Source: Eledone cirrhosa (taxonomy: Eukaryota). Taken from it: a stretch of 64,000 nt of DNA. This document shows positions 35,340 through 49,176 of the stretch, in pieces. Numbering within the stretch: position 1 is the first letter of the stretch; each line of letters starts with the position of its first letter. The stretch is from contig OZ024740.1 of the NCBI GenBank assembly GCA_964016885.1, positions 192,944,001 through 193,008,000 on the forward strand, written 5' to 3'. Below the pieces are notes generated by a model. That model ran no database searches. It saw only the letters and a program-made list of their open reading frames with translations, and was not told the DNA's origin. The position numbers and the translations under genes were made by a program.

Positions 35340-38300
35340 TCTTTCTTTATTTGCCACAGCGGCGTAAACAAATGGGACATTACGAGACGTGACGGCGGGG
35401 TTTTACATAAAAATAACTTTAACATTAATAAATAACAATAAACTATATATAATAAAATAACAATTGAAATCCCCAATAGGAGGGAACGTTACTGCGGAGT
35501 TGTTTTACACCCCGTGGATAGAACAACCTTCAACACCAGGAACACGTTTTGTAGGTGTTCCTGTCTTCCCTCTGTTTATCTTCCTCAACCTACAGGTTTA
35601 TATACAGTGAAGGCCCATTCACTCGGGCCATTTTTGCCACGTTCACCCACCTTTCAGCGAATTTACTGGGGTGTAGCACCTCTCTCTCCACTCTCACCTT
35701 CCTTCTGAAGTGGTACTTAAAGAAGGGGATAAGTTGTTGTCCGGAGAGAAAGGTGTTTGCTCTCAGTCCTTTTGACCTCGTCCACCATATTACCTCTTTC
35801 GCCATAGCCACCAGACAGAGGAAAACCGCCTCTCCTTCGTTCTTAAATGAAGGCGGCGGGGTAATCCTCACGATGGACAACTGGATGCGTCCCACACGTG
35901 ACAGCAGCTGTTCGACATAATTCCACAGGTCGGTCACCCCTGGGCACTGAACAATTGCGTGCAGAACGGCTTCGATGTCCTGCTCGCATCTTGGACAGGT
36001 CCTTTTGGCAGGATCTCTGCCAGGGCGTCCGTGCGTGTAGATTTTGTCTCGAACTGGTAGAGTTCCTCGGTAGCACTGCCAGGCCAGACACCTCTGGAAG
36101 TTATCCATAGGCCCTGGACGGAAATTCCTCCCGAACAGACTGGTCAGTTCGTCCTCCTCGATGCCTAGAGTTTCCCCAAGAACGTCGTCGCACTTATCCT
36201 CTACTAATCCCCTATAGAATGTGGAAGTATAGTCTCTGCTGATTGCCGTTTCCGCTTGGTAGAGGGCTGTGAGCGCCTGTAGGCACTCGAGGTGCCAGGC
36301 ACGCATTTTCGGCCTTCGCTTGACCCAGGACTCCAGCTCTGTTAGTGAGTCGAGTTGTGGAAGAGCGTGTCTCACAACCGACAGCCACACCGGTTCACCT
36401 GTCAGGAATACCTGGAGATGGCGTATGTTTGCGCATCATCAGCCACGGCACGCCCAGCCCTCCGTTAGAAGGATGTTGACAGCAGATGGAGCTCCTCACC
36501 AATGGAGCCTGTTTCTTCCAGAGGAACTTGAAGTGTAGGCGTCCCATTTTGGTAAGGTATTCGTGGGGCAAGGCACAACTGTCAATCGGTAGTAGATGAC
36601 GGACGCTATGTAAGTGTTCGCCACCTCCGCTCGACCTTTCAAGGAGAATTTGCACTCACCTTCGCCGTAATCTCTTTCCAGTTCTTGTCCACCTGGAGGT
36701 CTGGACCGAACCAGACCCCGAGCAATTTCACCGATCCTTCCGTCCAGCGTCCAACGACACTGTCGGAAGTCATGGATTTGCCTCTCCATATGCCGAGTTG
36801 CAAACCGACAGACTTGTTTGGGTTTAGTCTTGCTCCTGTCAAAGTTTCGTATTCCTGTAATAGGTTGCCGATTACCCTGATTTCCGAGGTTTTCGACACC
36901 ATTACGGTTATGTTGTCGGCAGAGGCTGACGCTGCTTTCCGCAGTCCTGGTTCGATCGGGATGCCCTGCACCAGCTCAAATTTCCGCAGTAACGGCTCGA
37001 GAGACAGTACATACAGAATGGAGGAGAGAGGGCATCCCTGACGGATGGAACGCATGATTTGGAATGGCTCTGATAGGTAGCCATTCGCCTTGAGTGCCGA
37101 GCAGATGCTGGTGTGCATGGCAGCGATTCAGACTCTGAAGACGGGACCGAAGCCGGTCGCCTTGAGAACTGCTTCCAAGTATTGATGGTCGACCCTATAA
37201 AATGCCTTAGACTGATCTAAATTGATCAGAGCCCACCAAAGCCAGGTTTACACCCTACCCTCTCTATGATGTATTACATGAGGTGGAGGTTGTCGTCTAT
37301 GGACCTGGTCAGGATTGCACACGTTTGGGTTTCCCCTACCAGGTTCTCTAGGACAAGCGCCAGCCTTGCTATAACACCTTGGCCAAAATATTTAACTCTG
37401 TGTTGAGCAGAGTTATGGGCCTGCAATTGCTTATCTCAGCCCCCTTGTTTTCATCTTTCCTGATCAGCGTTACTACGCCTCTGCCTACAGAGCTGGGAAG
37501 CCCCCCGTTCTGCTGCCAGTTGCAGTAGACCGCTTCGAGGACGCCAGTGAACAAGTCTGGCATGCCTATGTAAAACTTATAGGGTAGACAATCTAAACCG
37601 GGTGATTTGCGTTTCCCGCAGCGCCTAGGGAATCTTATATTTCTCCCGCTGTGATCGGCCTTTAGCAGCTCTCCGCATGCGTGCTCGAGGGTCGTGGTAA
37701 GCCGTCGAGGTAGGAGCTGAAGTCCATCACCTCGCTCGATGTACCGCTTTGCCCGAACAGTTGTGGAAAATTCTGCTGGAAGGTCGCGCACATCTGCTTG
37801 GATTCAAGTATAATGCGTCCATCTTTGTCTTGCAAAGACCGAATTGTGGATTTGTTGCCACTTTTCGCCTCTGCCACTCGGGCCCAGCTAACAGCTTTGG
37901 CTCTCTCCTTTCTTAGAGCACGTGTTCTACTTCTAATACTACAACCTTCGTGTTTCACGTTGAAGAACTAGTCTAGTGCTGTTCTCGCCGCTAGCACGTC
38001 AGCTGTACTGCCATTCCTAAGTGCCTCTTCTATTTTAGCTACCAGTTCCTTTTCAGTTTTGTTTTTTTTCTAAAGCTACTTCCTTGCTTAATGCTATTGA
38101 TTCTATTCTAATTGCTCTCTTTAGAGAGCTCCACCACCTGTTGTTGACGATCGCTCCCGTTAATTGGCACTTAACTAAGGTGCTAATCCGTTTACTGTAG
38201 GCCTTACGCGCCGAGAGCGACATGTTTAGCTTCCAGTATGCGGGTCCCTCTCTATGTGTTCTATCAAGATTGACTACGCAGGTGACTAATTTGTGGTCTG

Positions 38301-41105
38301 AATAGGCAACCATGTGCATTTGTGGACAGCTTAATGTTTCCTTATCATTCTGTCTAATTAAAAATATATCTAAATACGATCTAGAAGACCCAGTGCAGTT
38401 GCTCCACGTCCACAGTTGTGCTCTTGGGAAGTCTAGTCGATATCTATCAGCCAGTTGGAATTGGCTGATGAGACTTTTGAGCCTATTACACGCCCCTCTA
38501 TTATCACAAGCTCCTACATAGTCCCAACGTGCGTCTAAGATGCCATTCCAGTCCCCCGCTAACACTAAGGATCAAGACGTTCCCAGGAATGTCCCCAGAC
38601 GCTTGAAGAACCCTGGTCGCGATGTCCCAGTCGGGGCATATACGGCCACCAGTCTGAAAGCTCCACCTTCACTACCGTTCACGTCCAGGACCACCAGGCT
38701 GCCCTCCGGGTCCAAGTGAATCGTCTGTATTTTGAGATCCAAGTTATTTCGAAACAGAAAAGTAACTCCCCCTCCACCTCCTGCTGACAGAGAGATGCGT
38801 AGATCTGAAAATCATCGAACATGGCGCTTAGCTGCTGCTTGTCGTGAATTGTTGACTCGGTGATGGCTATCACATCTATACAATGTGACCTGAGATCATT
38901 TAAAAGCTGGCTCTGTTTCCAGGACATGCTCAGGCCACGTTCATCCAAACATCCAGCTTGTATAGTTGCCATGTTGGTGAAGAAGAGTTAAGGAGAGAAA
39001 GGGCAGGAAGACTTAGCTTTACGTTTCCTGGAGGTCGGGTTGTTCGATCTCCATATCCAGATTGGTGGTGTTTGGGGAGGGAGGGTATCACTTTAGCAGG
39101 ACACGGTTAGGGGGCTTTTGGCAAGGGGGGCACACATCATGTGGGAAGTTCTCTTTTAAAGTTTCATACTGTAGGGTTGTTACCCTGATAAGTTTGAGGT
39201 TTGGGGGTGGGTCGTTGGTGGGAAAAGTTTTCCCTTCCGCTTGTATTGTGGGGTCCTTTCGGACAGTTTCTACCAGTTTTTTGTTTCTTGTTTTTATGTA
39301 TGTGTAGTGTGTTTTGTTTTTTATGTGTACTGTTTCTGTTTGTAGTTTTCTTATTGTGGTTGGGGTTTGTGATTGTGGTGGTGTGGGTGTTTGTTTTGTT
39401 GGTGATGTGTTTGGTTGTGTTGGTGGTGATTGTGTTGTTGGTGTGTTTGTCGTTTGTGGCGGTGTGTTTATGGTGGGGTTGGGTGTGTGCGTGTTTTCTG
39501 TAGATGTTTTTGTGTCTTTTTTGTGTCTTTTTGTTTTTTGGATTTTTGGGGTTCCTCTTCATTCTCACTTGGAGATGTAGAAGTTCCTGTATCTGAGACT
39601 TCTGAATCAGAGGTAGATGGGAGGGTATGTTGTGTGGTGGAGTGTTTGTGCAGGTGTTTGTGGAACTATTTGACAGGGGGGGGGGAGGCAATGGAGAGTT
39701 TTTCAGTGGGATTTTGTGTGTCTGGTTGTCTCTGGTCTGCGGTGGTGTGGGAGAGTGGATGTTGCAGGTGTTTGTGTTGTGTTTGGTTTGGAGTGTTGAT
39801 GTGGTTTTCGTGTTCTTAATAACACCTTGTTTGTCCTCGGTTTGTTTAAGAGAGGGCAAAAGGCCTTTAAGTGTGTGGTTTTCCCACACTTAATGCACTG
39901 AGGTCTATTCCCCTCCACTAAAATGGAGATGATATATTCCTCAAGGACGATCCTGTCCGGTATTTTTTCAACTCTCTCTGGCGTCATTTGTACCAGAACC
40001 TAGATGCAGGTTCCAAACCAGTTATGCCTGTCTGTCCTGTCTACAGATAGGAGGGTGTGCTCATCCTTCTTCAGGATGAAGCGTAGGATCCACCATATGT
40101 TGACCTCTGCTGGGATGCTGGTTATTTTTATTTTGTAGGATCTTCTTCCCATGTGTGTGGGGAAGAAGATGTTTTGATCTGTTTTTATTGGGTGAACCTA
40201 GTGTTTTTGTGCCAGAGTTTCGCTCTTAAAGAGCACTGACACACTTCCATACTGTTTACCTCTTTGGAGGTATGCCACGTCTGGCTTGATGTGTTTTAGT
40301 GCAGCTTCGATAGTGCTTGTTGGGAGTGTTATGGGTTTGTTGGTAGTGATGTCAACTGTTCTATAAATTAGCTTCATTTTCTGTGTCATTTCTCTTACTT
40401 GTGCGAGTATGTGTATGTGTGGGGTGTCTCCCTCAAACATCACATAGCTGGAAGCTATTTCCAAATATTGGGATTTTGGGGAAATGTCCATGGAGTAGTA
40501 TTTAAAATCCTGTTGCTTAGCAACTGTTGCTGCAAATGAAATGTTGTTATTGTTGTTGTTGGTGGTGATGATGGTATCATTCGTTGTGTTGCCACTGATT
40601 CCTTTTGTTGTGTTGTTGTTCACATTTATTGTGTTGTTGTTGGTTGTGGTGGTATTAGTGTTTGCTACACATACTTCCTTCTGTGTGTGGATACATGTGA
40701 CGTTTGTAACGTCAGGCGTGTTGAGTTGCTTACAAGCAGCTGACGTTTGTTCCTCTTCTAAATGTTCTGGCGATAATGTTGGCTTCCTTTGTCCATGTCT
40801 GCTACTACCTGCTGGTCAAGTAGGCATGGCTTTCCCTTCCCATCTTCTTGTTTTGACAAAAATGTAGGTACCTTTGCTTCACCCAATTTTTAAACTTTGA
40901 AGCGTTTTGTAAACTTTTTATTTCGAAAATATTTTGGATGTTTTTGCCCTGTGAGGCACGATATTTTGGGAGACTGACCAGATCAAAATTTCATCTGTCA
41001 GTCCCTCTACAAATTGGTATACAAATAAAAGTTTACAATGACGAATTTGTGAAGAAATTTAAACAAAACTTTCCGAGCAAGTTTAACACATGTGTCCATC
41101 CCAGA
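35340..41105 (-). mobile_element. Near full-length L1/Tx1-clade LINE (subfamily beta), frameshifted
   Basis: ORF1 pieces 39164-40623 (CIKCGKTTHLKAFC). ORF2 runs from 38972 (MATIQAGCL, AGDWN, YSDHK) through RT to 35590 (CPRC). The 3' end is aataaagaaagatatctatc. Confidence 0.93.
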
Positions 41106-41120
41106 CAGATATGCAGATAG

Positions 41121-41214
41121 ATATCTTTCTTTATTTGCAACAGAGGCGTACAGAAATGGGACATTACAAGACGTGACGGCGGGGCTTTTACATAAAAATC
41201 ATATAACTTTAACA
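41121..41214 (-). mobile_element. 3' UTR stub of a subfamily-beta Tx1 LINE
   Basis: Matches 35340-35425 and 10052-10136. Confidence 0.8.
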
Positions 41215-41230
41215 TATATACTAAACTTTA

Positions 41231-41290
<60 letters not shown>

Positions 41291-41599
41291 TTCAAGAGTA
41301 ACCAATCTTAAAGAGAGAGAGATGGAGATAGGAGAGGAGATAGGAGAGGAGAGATTGGGGAATTAGTTAGAAGCCAAAGCGTAAAGGCATGTGCTCAATG
41401 TGCAATATGCAGTGGAAAGCAGCTAGGTGGCTGGGTTCATGCAGAAGTTAGGCGCACAGAGCTGGAAATATTCATTAGTTAAGCGAAACAAGACCATAAA
41501 TTTCACAAGGAAGACATTATTAAAAGATTGTCAACATATTTTAGTTTGATGTAAGGAATGTAGAGAATAATAATAATACTATTAATAATAATAATGTCC

Positions 41600-41718
41600 G
41601 TTTACAATTGTTTCGCTACTCCATATAATATTTCTGGATCAAATGACTATATATCATTATTGATCTGGTTCAGTTGAAAATAATTAACATAGTTAAAGAT
41701 AGACCGTCTCATCTGAAC
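41600..41718 (-). ncRNA. Degenerate expanded-stem-II HHR (mirror copy at ~47016-47135, +)
   Basis: Homologous to 18007-18128. The cores read CAGATGA (minus copy) and CCGATGA (plus copy). Confidence 0.5.
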
Positions 41719-44700
41719 TTCAAAGGAATATAAATTAAAATAAGGAGAGAATGCTACATAAATGTACTGTTCAATATATTGATATATCAGTATGGTGTCC
41801 TGGGTGTATCAATTGTCTGCCATAATCAAGCGGTATTCTTCTGTCGAGGCTGCATTTTGTGAGATCTGACTATGGGTAACAAGATGGCCGCCAATGGACA
41901 TATTTACCTTACTAATTAGAGGGTGGTTTCAGGGGAAGTAAATCCTCGTGAGATTAGAAATTGTGGGTAGTTTATAGTTAAGTGCTAATTTTTTAATTTT
42001 TTTTATTGAGAGACAATGTAAAGGAGGTAACTTATAATTATCTAAGTTAGTTATACCTATTTTACTTATTAGCTACAAGTAAAAATGGGGCTATATGACT
42101 ATGTTGGGTCAAATATTCTGTTGGCGAAGGAATTAGCCCTTCGATGTTGACAGCTAATAGTTACCTCCGTTCTATCGTTAATCGGTAGGGGTCGTGATAG
42201 AGTTATGTAATATGCTTCGGTAATACAGAGATCACAATATTTTTTTCGTCCATTGAACGGTTGGGCCCTAGCTAAGATATCCCATGTTAGTGAGTGTTCA
42301 ATGTTGGTTAATTTAAGGTTTTTAAAGAGCCTAGCTAGAGATGTCGAACATCTGTTGTTAGGGTCTCGGAAGGAAAAGGAGTGCGCGTTAGAGCGTACCT
42401 TAAAAGGGTTAGAGGTAGACACGATATAGGAGCTGGTATTCGAAGCAGTTGTAACCGTGCACCTATAGATTATGTTGGGTGTCAGGCAGTGTCCCTTTAG
42501 TGGGCATGCATTAGGGTAACGGCAGTTGAAGTTACTTCTGCGGTTATGAGACTAGGGCAATTTAACCTAAGCGGTTGGTCAGTGTTAGAAGGATTAGATG
42601 GGGGAGGTGTGCTACTAGAGTAAGTATTGGTGTAGTGGCGTGGTGTATTTGATAGGGGTGGTGGTACCGCGGTGTGGGAGTTATACTGTCTTAGTTTATG
42701 ATGGTTACTGAATGCGAAGTGGCTAGCTAGGTTAGGTGTTGTGGAGAATGAGATTGTAATGTTATTTTTATTAAAGAGTTCGTAATATATATGGTTGGTG
42801 GGGAAATGTTTAGATAGGATAGAAAAGAAGCGTTTAGGCATATTAGTGGCTAGATTAGATGAGAAGGCGGTCTAAAGCCAGGTGATATTTCTAGGCCTAT
42901 TCCTTCTAGGGGTTCTAGTGGAGTTGGTAGGGGCCTTCCTAGGGTTATTATTACCTGATCATTTGTTATTTGTCATCCCATTGCTCGTTCCTATTCTAGA
43001 GTTGATATTTAGGTTGCTACTTGGAGTGGGAAGCAGGCCGCTGCCACCATTAAAGTTCCCTGTATAGGTGCTGTTACTGCTAAAATTCCGGCGAATCTGG
43101 CTATATGCTAAAGTATTTCTAGCTCTAGTGTTAAGTTTATTATGGAGAATGGCTGTGTTATGGCATTTAGGTATGTAGTAAATAGACTGTTCATAACCAG
43201 ATTCAGAAAGAACATTATTATAATATTGTGCATGGTTTATAAATATCTCCTCATTTGCTGATACATGGAGATTCTATACGAGATATATTTGATTACTGCT
43301 CGGATGACTGCCGGTGGGTGGTTAGAGTGTGGGCTAATATATGTAAGTATTTCACCTGGTTTATGGTAAGGGTAATATAGGTTATTGTTAAGATCCAGGG
43401 TGACGTCTAGGAAGTTTACTACTTTATGGTTCGGCTCGATGGTGATAGAGAGACCGTTATTTTTAAAGAATCTATGTAATTATTTTGTGAGCAAACCAAT
43501 GCCCCGATTAGTGCATTTGTGGTCTGCAAATAGAGCGCCGTCCCTGTATATTCCGCTTTGAAATTTTTAGATTTGGGCTTTGATTTTATGTAATAGGTAA
43601 ATTCCAACTAAATCGGTGATTTGCGCAGAGTCACTTGAGCCCATCGTGATGTCAAAGTTGTCTGTTCTGTCTTTTCTTGTCCAGAGTGCTCCGTTGAATT
43701 CAATGATTATCTGCCTAGCCATAAGTATGATGTCAATCTCATTATTGGTTATGTTCGAGTTGGTGCTGGCTAGGGTTAATGCTTTGTTGAGCAGTTCCTG
43801 GGTTATTGAAGCGTAATAGCTGTCAATGTCAAATTGGATGAACCTCATAGATTGCTTGGACCATAGATCGGAGAGCCATCTAATGACTTGGCCGGTGTTG
43901 GACCACAACTTGTAGGTGATATCATCCGGTAGCCCACGGATGATCCTATCAAGGATGTTCTTACTGATACGACCCAGGTCGGATGTGGTTGGGCTTATAA
44001 GTCTAATAGATGGGTTCTCTATAAAGTTTGGCTTATGATCCTTGAGAGAGAACCTTGTGGTTGTTGGTACATAAGGGTGGGTAAATCTATCCAGATGCAA
44101 GTCCTTAACCAAAGCCTGTGCTTTTCGGTTAAGTACGTTTACACTAGACGGTATAGCTTTTTTATAGTTTTTATTATGTTCCTTAAGAAGGAAAGAGTTG
44201 TAATTTTCAGAAGTCATGGTGTATACATTTTTAATTTTGTCAGATATAACATGTAAGCGGTGGCTATCTTTAAATTTGTTATAGTTGTTGCTAATTTTGT
44301 GAGGAAATTATTCTTGTTTCTATAATGCTTTTTGAATTTAATGCTCTTGACGAAGTTGAATGGATCTTTCTCAAAAGGGTCCAGCAGGATGTTGTGTTGG
44401 GGGTTCTTGCAGGTGGTAAATCCATATCTGTTTGTTGTACTTCCGGCGTCAGCAGCACCCACACGGTCGAAGTGGAAGGCTTTTCATCTTATTCTTCGGA
44501 TGAAAGAGTTGACACTCTGTATTAGGAGTTTGAGGTATGTCTTCCTGTCTGGGATAGGTATGGCCTTAAGTGAGATCCTGAGTTCCTACTTGCTCAACAT
44601 GGTGACTTCTAACAGTAAATAGCTCAACTACGGGAGCTCATGTATACACAGTTCAAGAGTAACCAATCTTAAAGAGATAGATGGAGATAGGCGAGGAGAT

Positions 44701-44998
44701 AGGGAAGAAGAGATTGCACTCTGCTGGACCCTTTTGAGAAAGATCTATTCAACTTCGTCAGGAGAATTAAATTCAAAAAAGCATTATAGACACAAGTATA
44801 ATTTCTTCACAAAATTAGCAACAACTATAAACAAATTTAAAGATAGCCACCTCTTACATGTTATGTCTGAGAAAACTAAAAATATATACAACATGACTCC
44901 TGAAACTTACAACTCTTTCCTTCTTAAGGAACTTAATAACAACTATAAAAAAAACTATACCCTCCAGTATAAACGTACTTAACCGAAAAGCACAGGCT

Positions 44999-46675
44999 TT
45001 GGTTAAGGACTTGCATCTGGATAGATTTACCCACCCTTATTTACCAACAGCCCCAAGGTGCTCTCTCAAGGATCATAAGCCAAACTTTATAGAGAACCCA
45101 TCTATTAGACTTATAAGCCCAACCACATCCGACCTGGGTCGTATCAGTAAGAACATCCTTGATAGGATCATCCGTGGGCTACGGGATGATACCACCTACA
45201 AGTTGTGGTCCAACACCGGCCAAGTCAGTAGATGGGTCTCCGATCTATCGTCCAAGCAATCTATGAGGTTCATCCAATTTGACATTGACAGCTATTACAC
45301 TTCAATAACCCCGGAACTGCTCAACAAAGCATTAACCCCAGCCAGCACCAATTCGGACATAACCAATAATGAGATTGACATCATACTTCTGGCTAGGCAG
45401 ACAATCATTGAATTCAACGGAGCACTCTGGACTAGAAAAGACAAAAAAGACAACTTTGACATTACGATGGGCTCAAGTAACTCTGCTCAAATCACCGATT
45501 TAGTTGGAATTCACCTATCACAAAACATCAGAGCCGAAATCCAACACTTGCAAGGCAGAATATGCAGGGACGACGCCCTATTTGCAATCCACAATTGCAC
45601 TAATCGTGGCATTGATTTGTTCAAAAAACAATTACATAGATTCTTTAAAAATAACGGTCTCTCTATCACCATCGAGCTGAACCATAAAGTAGTAAACTTC
45701 CTAGACGTTACCCTGGATCTTAACAATAACCTGTATTACTCTTACCATAAACCAGGTGAAATACTTACATATATTATCCCACACTCTAACCACCCACCGG
45801 CAGTCATCAGAGCAGTAATCAAATATATCTCGTATAGAATCTCACTGCTATCAGCAAATGAGGAGATATTTATAAACCATGCACCATATTATAATAATGC
45901 TCTTTCTGAATCTGGTTATGAACAGTCCATTTACTACATACCTAAATGCCATAACACAGCAATTCTCCATAATAAACTTAACACTAGAACTAGAAATACT
46001 TTAGCATATAGCCAGATTCGCCGGAATTTTAGCTGTAACAGGACCTATACAGGGAACTTTAATGGAGGCAGCGGCCTGCTTCCCACTCCAAGTAACAAAT
46101 TAAAAATCAACTCTAGAATAGGAACGAGCAATGGAATGACAAATAACAAATGCCCAGGTAATAATAACCCTAGGAAGGCCCCTACCAACTCCACTAGAAC
46201 ACCTAGAAGGAATAGGCCTAGAAATATCACCTGGCTTAACCCCCCCCCCCCCTTCTCATCTAATCTAGCCACTAATATGCCTAAACGCTTCTTTTCTATC
46301 CTATCTAAACATTTCCCATCCCCCAACCATAGATATTACAAACTCTTTAATAAAGATAATATTAAAATCTCATTCTCCACAACACCTAACCTAGCTAGCC
46401 ACATCGCATTCAGTAACCATCATAAACTAAGACAGTATAACTCCCACACCGCGGTAACACCGCCCCTATCAAATACAACACGCCACTACACCAATACTTA
46501 CTCTAGTAGCACACCTCCCCCATTTAATCCTTCTAAAACTGACCAACCGCTTAGGTTAAACTACCCTACTCTCACTAACCGCAGAATTAACTGCAACTGC
46601 CGTTACCCTAATGCAACAGAATATTTGACCCAACATAGTCATCTAGCCCCATTTTTACTTGTAGCTAATATGTAA
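44999..46675 (+). pseudogene. PLE RT open frame (558 aa) with YRDD->CRDD and deleted GIY-YIG domain
   Basis: LKDHKPNF..PSIRLISP, FIQFDIDSYY, FDITMGS, ICRDD, VNFLDVTLDL, YHKP. The junction at ~46614 removes the endonuclease present in the other arm. Confidence 0.85.
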
Positions 46676-47259
46676 AATAGCTATAACTAACTTAGATAAT
46701 TATAAGTTTCTCCCTTACATTTTCTCTCAATAAAAAAATAAAAAAATAGCACTTAACTATAAACTATACACAATTTCTTATCTCTCGAGGAATTACTTCC
46801 CCTGAATCCACCCTCTAATGAGTAAGGTAAATATGTCCATTGGCGGCCATCTTGTTACCCATAGGCAGATCTCACAAAATGCAGCCTCGACAGAAGAATA
46901 CTGCTTGATTATGGTAGACAATTGATACACCAAGGACACCATAGTGAAATACCAATATATGGAACATTACATTTATGTAACATTCTCTCCTTATTTTAAG
47001 TTATATTGCTTTGAAGTTCCGATGAACCGTTCTATCTTTAACTACGTTAATTATTTTCAACTGAACCAGATCAATAATGATATATAGTCATTTGATCCAG
47101 AAATATTATATGGAGTAGCGAAACACTTGTAAACGGACATTATTATTATTAATATTATTATTATTATTCTCTACATTCCTTACATCAAACTAAAATATGT
47201 TGACAATCTTTTAATAATGTCTTCCTTGTGAAATTTGCGTTTTTGTTTTGCTTAACTAA

Positions 47260-47318
<59 letters not shown>

Positions 47319-47432
47319 TGGTAGTAATGGAAACAATAAAATAACGAGAAATAATGACAAATAATGGATGATATTATGTAGATATATATATAGAGAGAGA
47401 TATGTATACACACACACACATATATATATATT

Positions 47433-47480
<48 letters not shown>

Positions 47481-47482
47481 TA

Positions 47483-47526
<44 letters not shown>

Positions 47527-47610
47527 AATGTATATACTTATGTACATACACACATATATACATGTCCAAACATATACACATCATATGTGTTTGAGATGTT
47601 ATATGAGGGG

Positions 47611-47871
47611 CAGGGTTGAATTTAAACCTCGGGGGCCCGGGACGCTTTAGGTTTGGGGGGTCCTCATATACAGAAAAAAACGAATTCACAACAAACAACC
47701 AATTTTACATATCAAAGTTAACTAGGCGCAAGTAATTTTAATTAAAAAGATATAAATACAGTAATTAAATTCACAAATTCTAACCATCCTTCATCTAAAA
47801 AGCCCAGCTTAGGGCAGGCATTAAGGGGGCCCGACGCAATTTCTCTTCGTCCCCCATTAAATTCGGCCCTG
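47611..47871. mobile_element. Small TIR element (MITE, hAT-like CAGGG termini)
   Basis: cagggttgaatttaa ... ttaaattcggccctg. A diverged second copy lies at 48516-48745. Confidence 0.65.
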
Positions 47872-48515
47872 ATGATTGTGCAACCAAACTTGAACTACCT
47901 CAAGCCTTGAAGGTCTAAATCTAGTCCTGAATATACTCAGCTGAAAAGTAGAATGAAATGTCGAATTATATAAATCCAATACATCAAAATATGTGAATCT
48001 AAAATTTAAGACAATGTTATATAACTATATGTGCTTAGTGTTTAAAGGTTCAATTATACATAAATAACATTATATAAATAAATCAAATACATCTAAACTG
48101 ATATTATTTTCTTCAGAAAGGTGGTTTGAATAAAATCTATAATGAATCAAAAGTGAAAGAATTCTTGAAATAGATTTAGCTCTTACTGTATGAACTGAAC
48201 TTTTGAAAATATTTCCATTGATGCGAACTGAATGAAAATCACATAGTAATGTCGTCCAAGACATCTTGATTGTTTGCCATTTTATAATTAATTAGATTTT
48301 ATTAGTTCATTACATTAAATATGTTACGGCCTTCCTTGCCATTTCGTTTTCACACGGGTCATGTAACTGTGCATATTCTCTAAGTAAGAAGAATAGCAGT
48401 TCGCCGTAGGGCAGCAAACAGATTTGAGAGACATAAATATACAAAAAGAAAATCATTCGGAATAAGAAAGATACACCTTCAATAAAACCTATATGTGTAT
48501 ATCTGTGTGTGTGTG

Positions 48516-48745
48516 CATGGTTTGATTTAAACCTTGGGGGCCCGGGGTAATTCAGGTTTGGTGGGCTCCTCATACACAAAAATTAGAATAGAGAGTTATC
48601 CACCCCAATTTTACATATAAAATTTAGGCTTGGCGCAAGTAATTGGAATTCAAAAGATATACATACAGGTATCAAATTCAAAAATTCTACCCAGCCTAAA
48701 ACTAAAAAGCCTTGCTGAGGGCACATATAAATTGCTACGGCCCTG
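48516..48745. mobile_element. Second copy of the MITE
   Basis: Internal homology to 47611-47871. It ends in cggccctg, and the flanks tgtgtgtg/tgtatgtg resemble an 8-bp TSD. Confidence 0.6.
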
Positions 48746-48810
48746 TGTATGTGAGTATGTTTGTGTAATCTATTGAAGCAGTGTGAGCACTCCATGAATG
48801 AAGTGAAAAG

Positions 48811-49176
48811 GTGGGTTGTCGAGGAAAACTAAACGTGCATTTTGTTAAGAGTACCCAAAACGTTAATGTTCACACTATCATAGATACCAAACGTGAAATG
48901 GAGCAATATTTAGAACGTCAGACATCACTTTCCGATATTAGTCCCGTTTCACTGTGCCCTCTGTTCAAATCCCAACCAAGTGAACTTTCGAGGTCAATAA
49001 AGAAAATACACCAGGACGAAATTGGTTATGTTAAGGCCTGCAGAGATTTGGGAGCAGCTAAAATTAAATGCGCACGGCATGCCGTATATTACTATGGTGC
49101 CCCGACGACCCCATCAAGAGTTATTGGACTGTGGAATGACATGGCAAAGACATCAACAATTTACAATAATATATAG
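48811..49176 (+). pseudogene. Possible divergent protein-tyrosine-phosphatase domain remnant
   Basis: ERQTSLSDISPVSLCPL..EIGYVKACRDLG..AVYYYGAPTTPSRVIGLWNDM loosely follows the order KNRY.DILP / DYINA / YIATQGP / DFW.M. By-eye match only. Confidence 0.2.

Larger units (their letters stand above)
41288..47265. mobile_element. Penelope-like element (Hydra-clade-like) as a ~6-kb inverted dimer
   Basis: Minus copy at 41288-~44640 (RT 43567-44217; GIY-YIG with CDLC/CQH at 42099-42422). A short direct repeat of the terminus lies at ~44648-44716, followed by a plus copy at ~44719-47265. (TA)n flanks both sides. Confidence 0.92.

Noticed and set aside
33499-40867. Hydrophobic Val/Leu/Cys-rich plus-strand ORFs resembling membrane proteins
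   Set aside because: They are antisense readings of the Asn/Thr/Lys-rich low-complexity ORF1 regions of the Tx1 LINEs.
48070-48400. Minus-strand ORF pieces (EYAQLHDPCENEMARK; MSWTTLLCDFHSVRING) faintly like a PTP N-terminus
   Set aside because: They are short, on the opposite strand to the other candidate remnants, and have no diagnostic motif.
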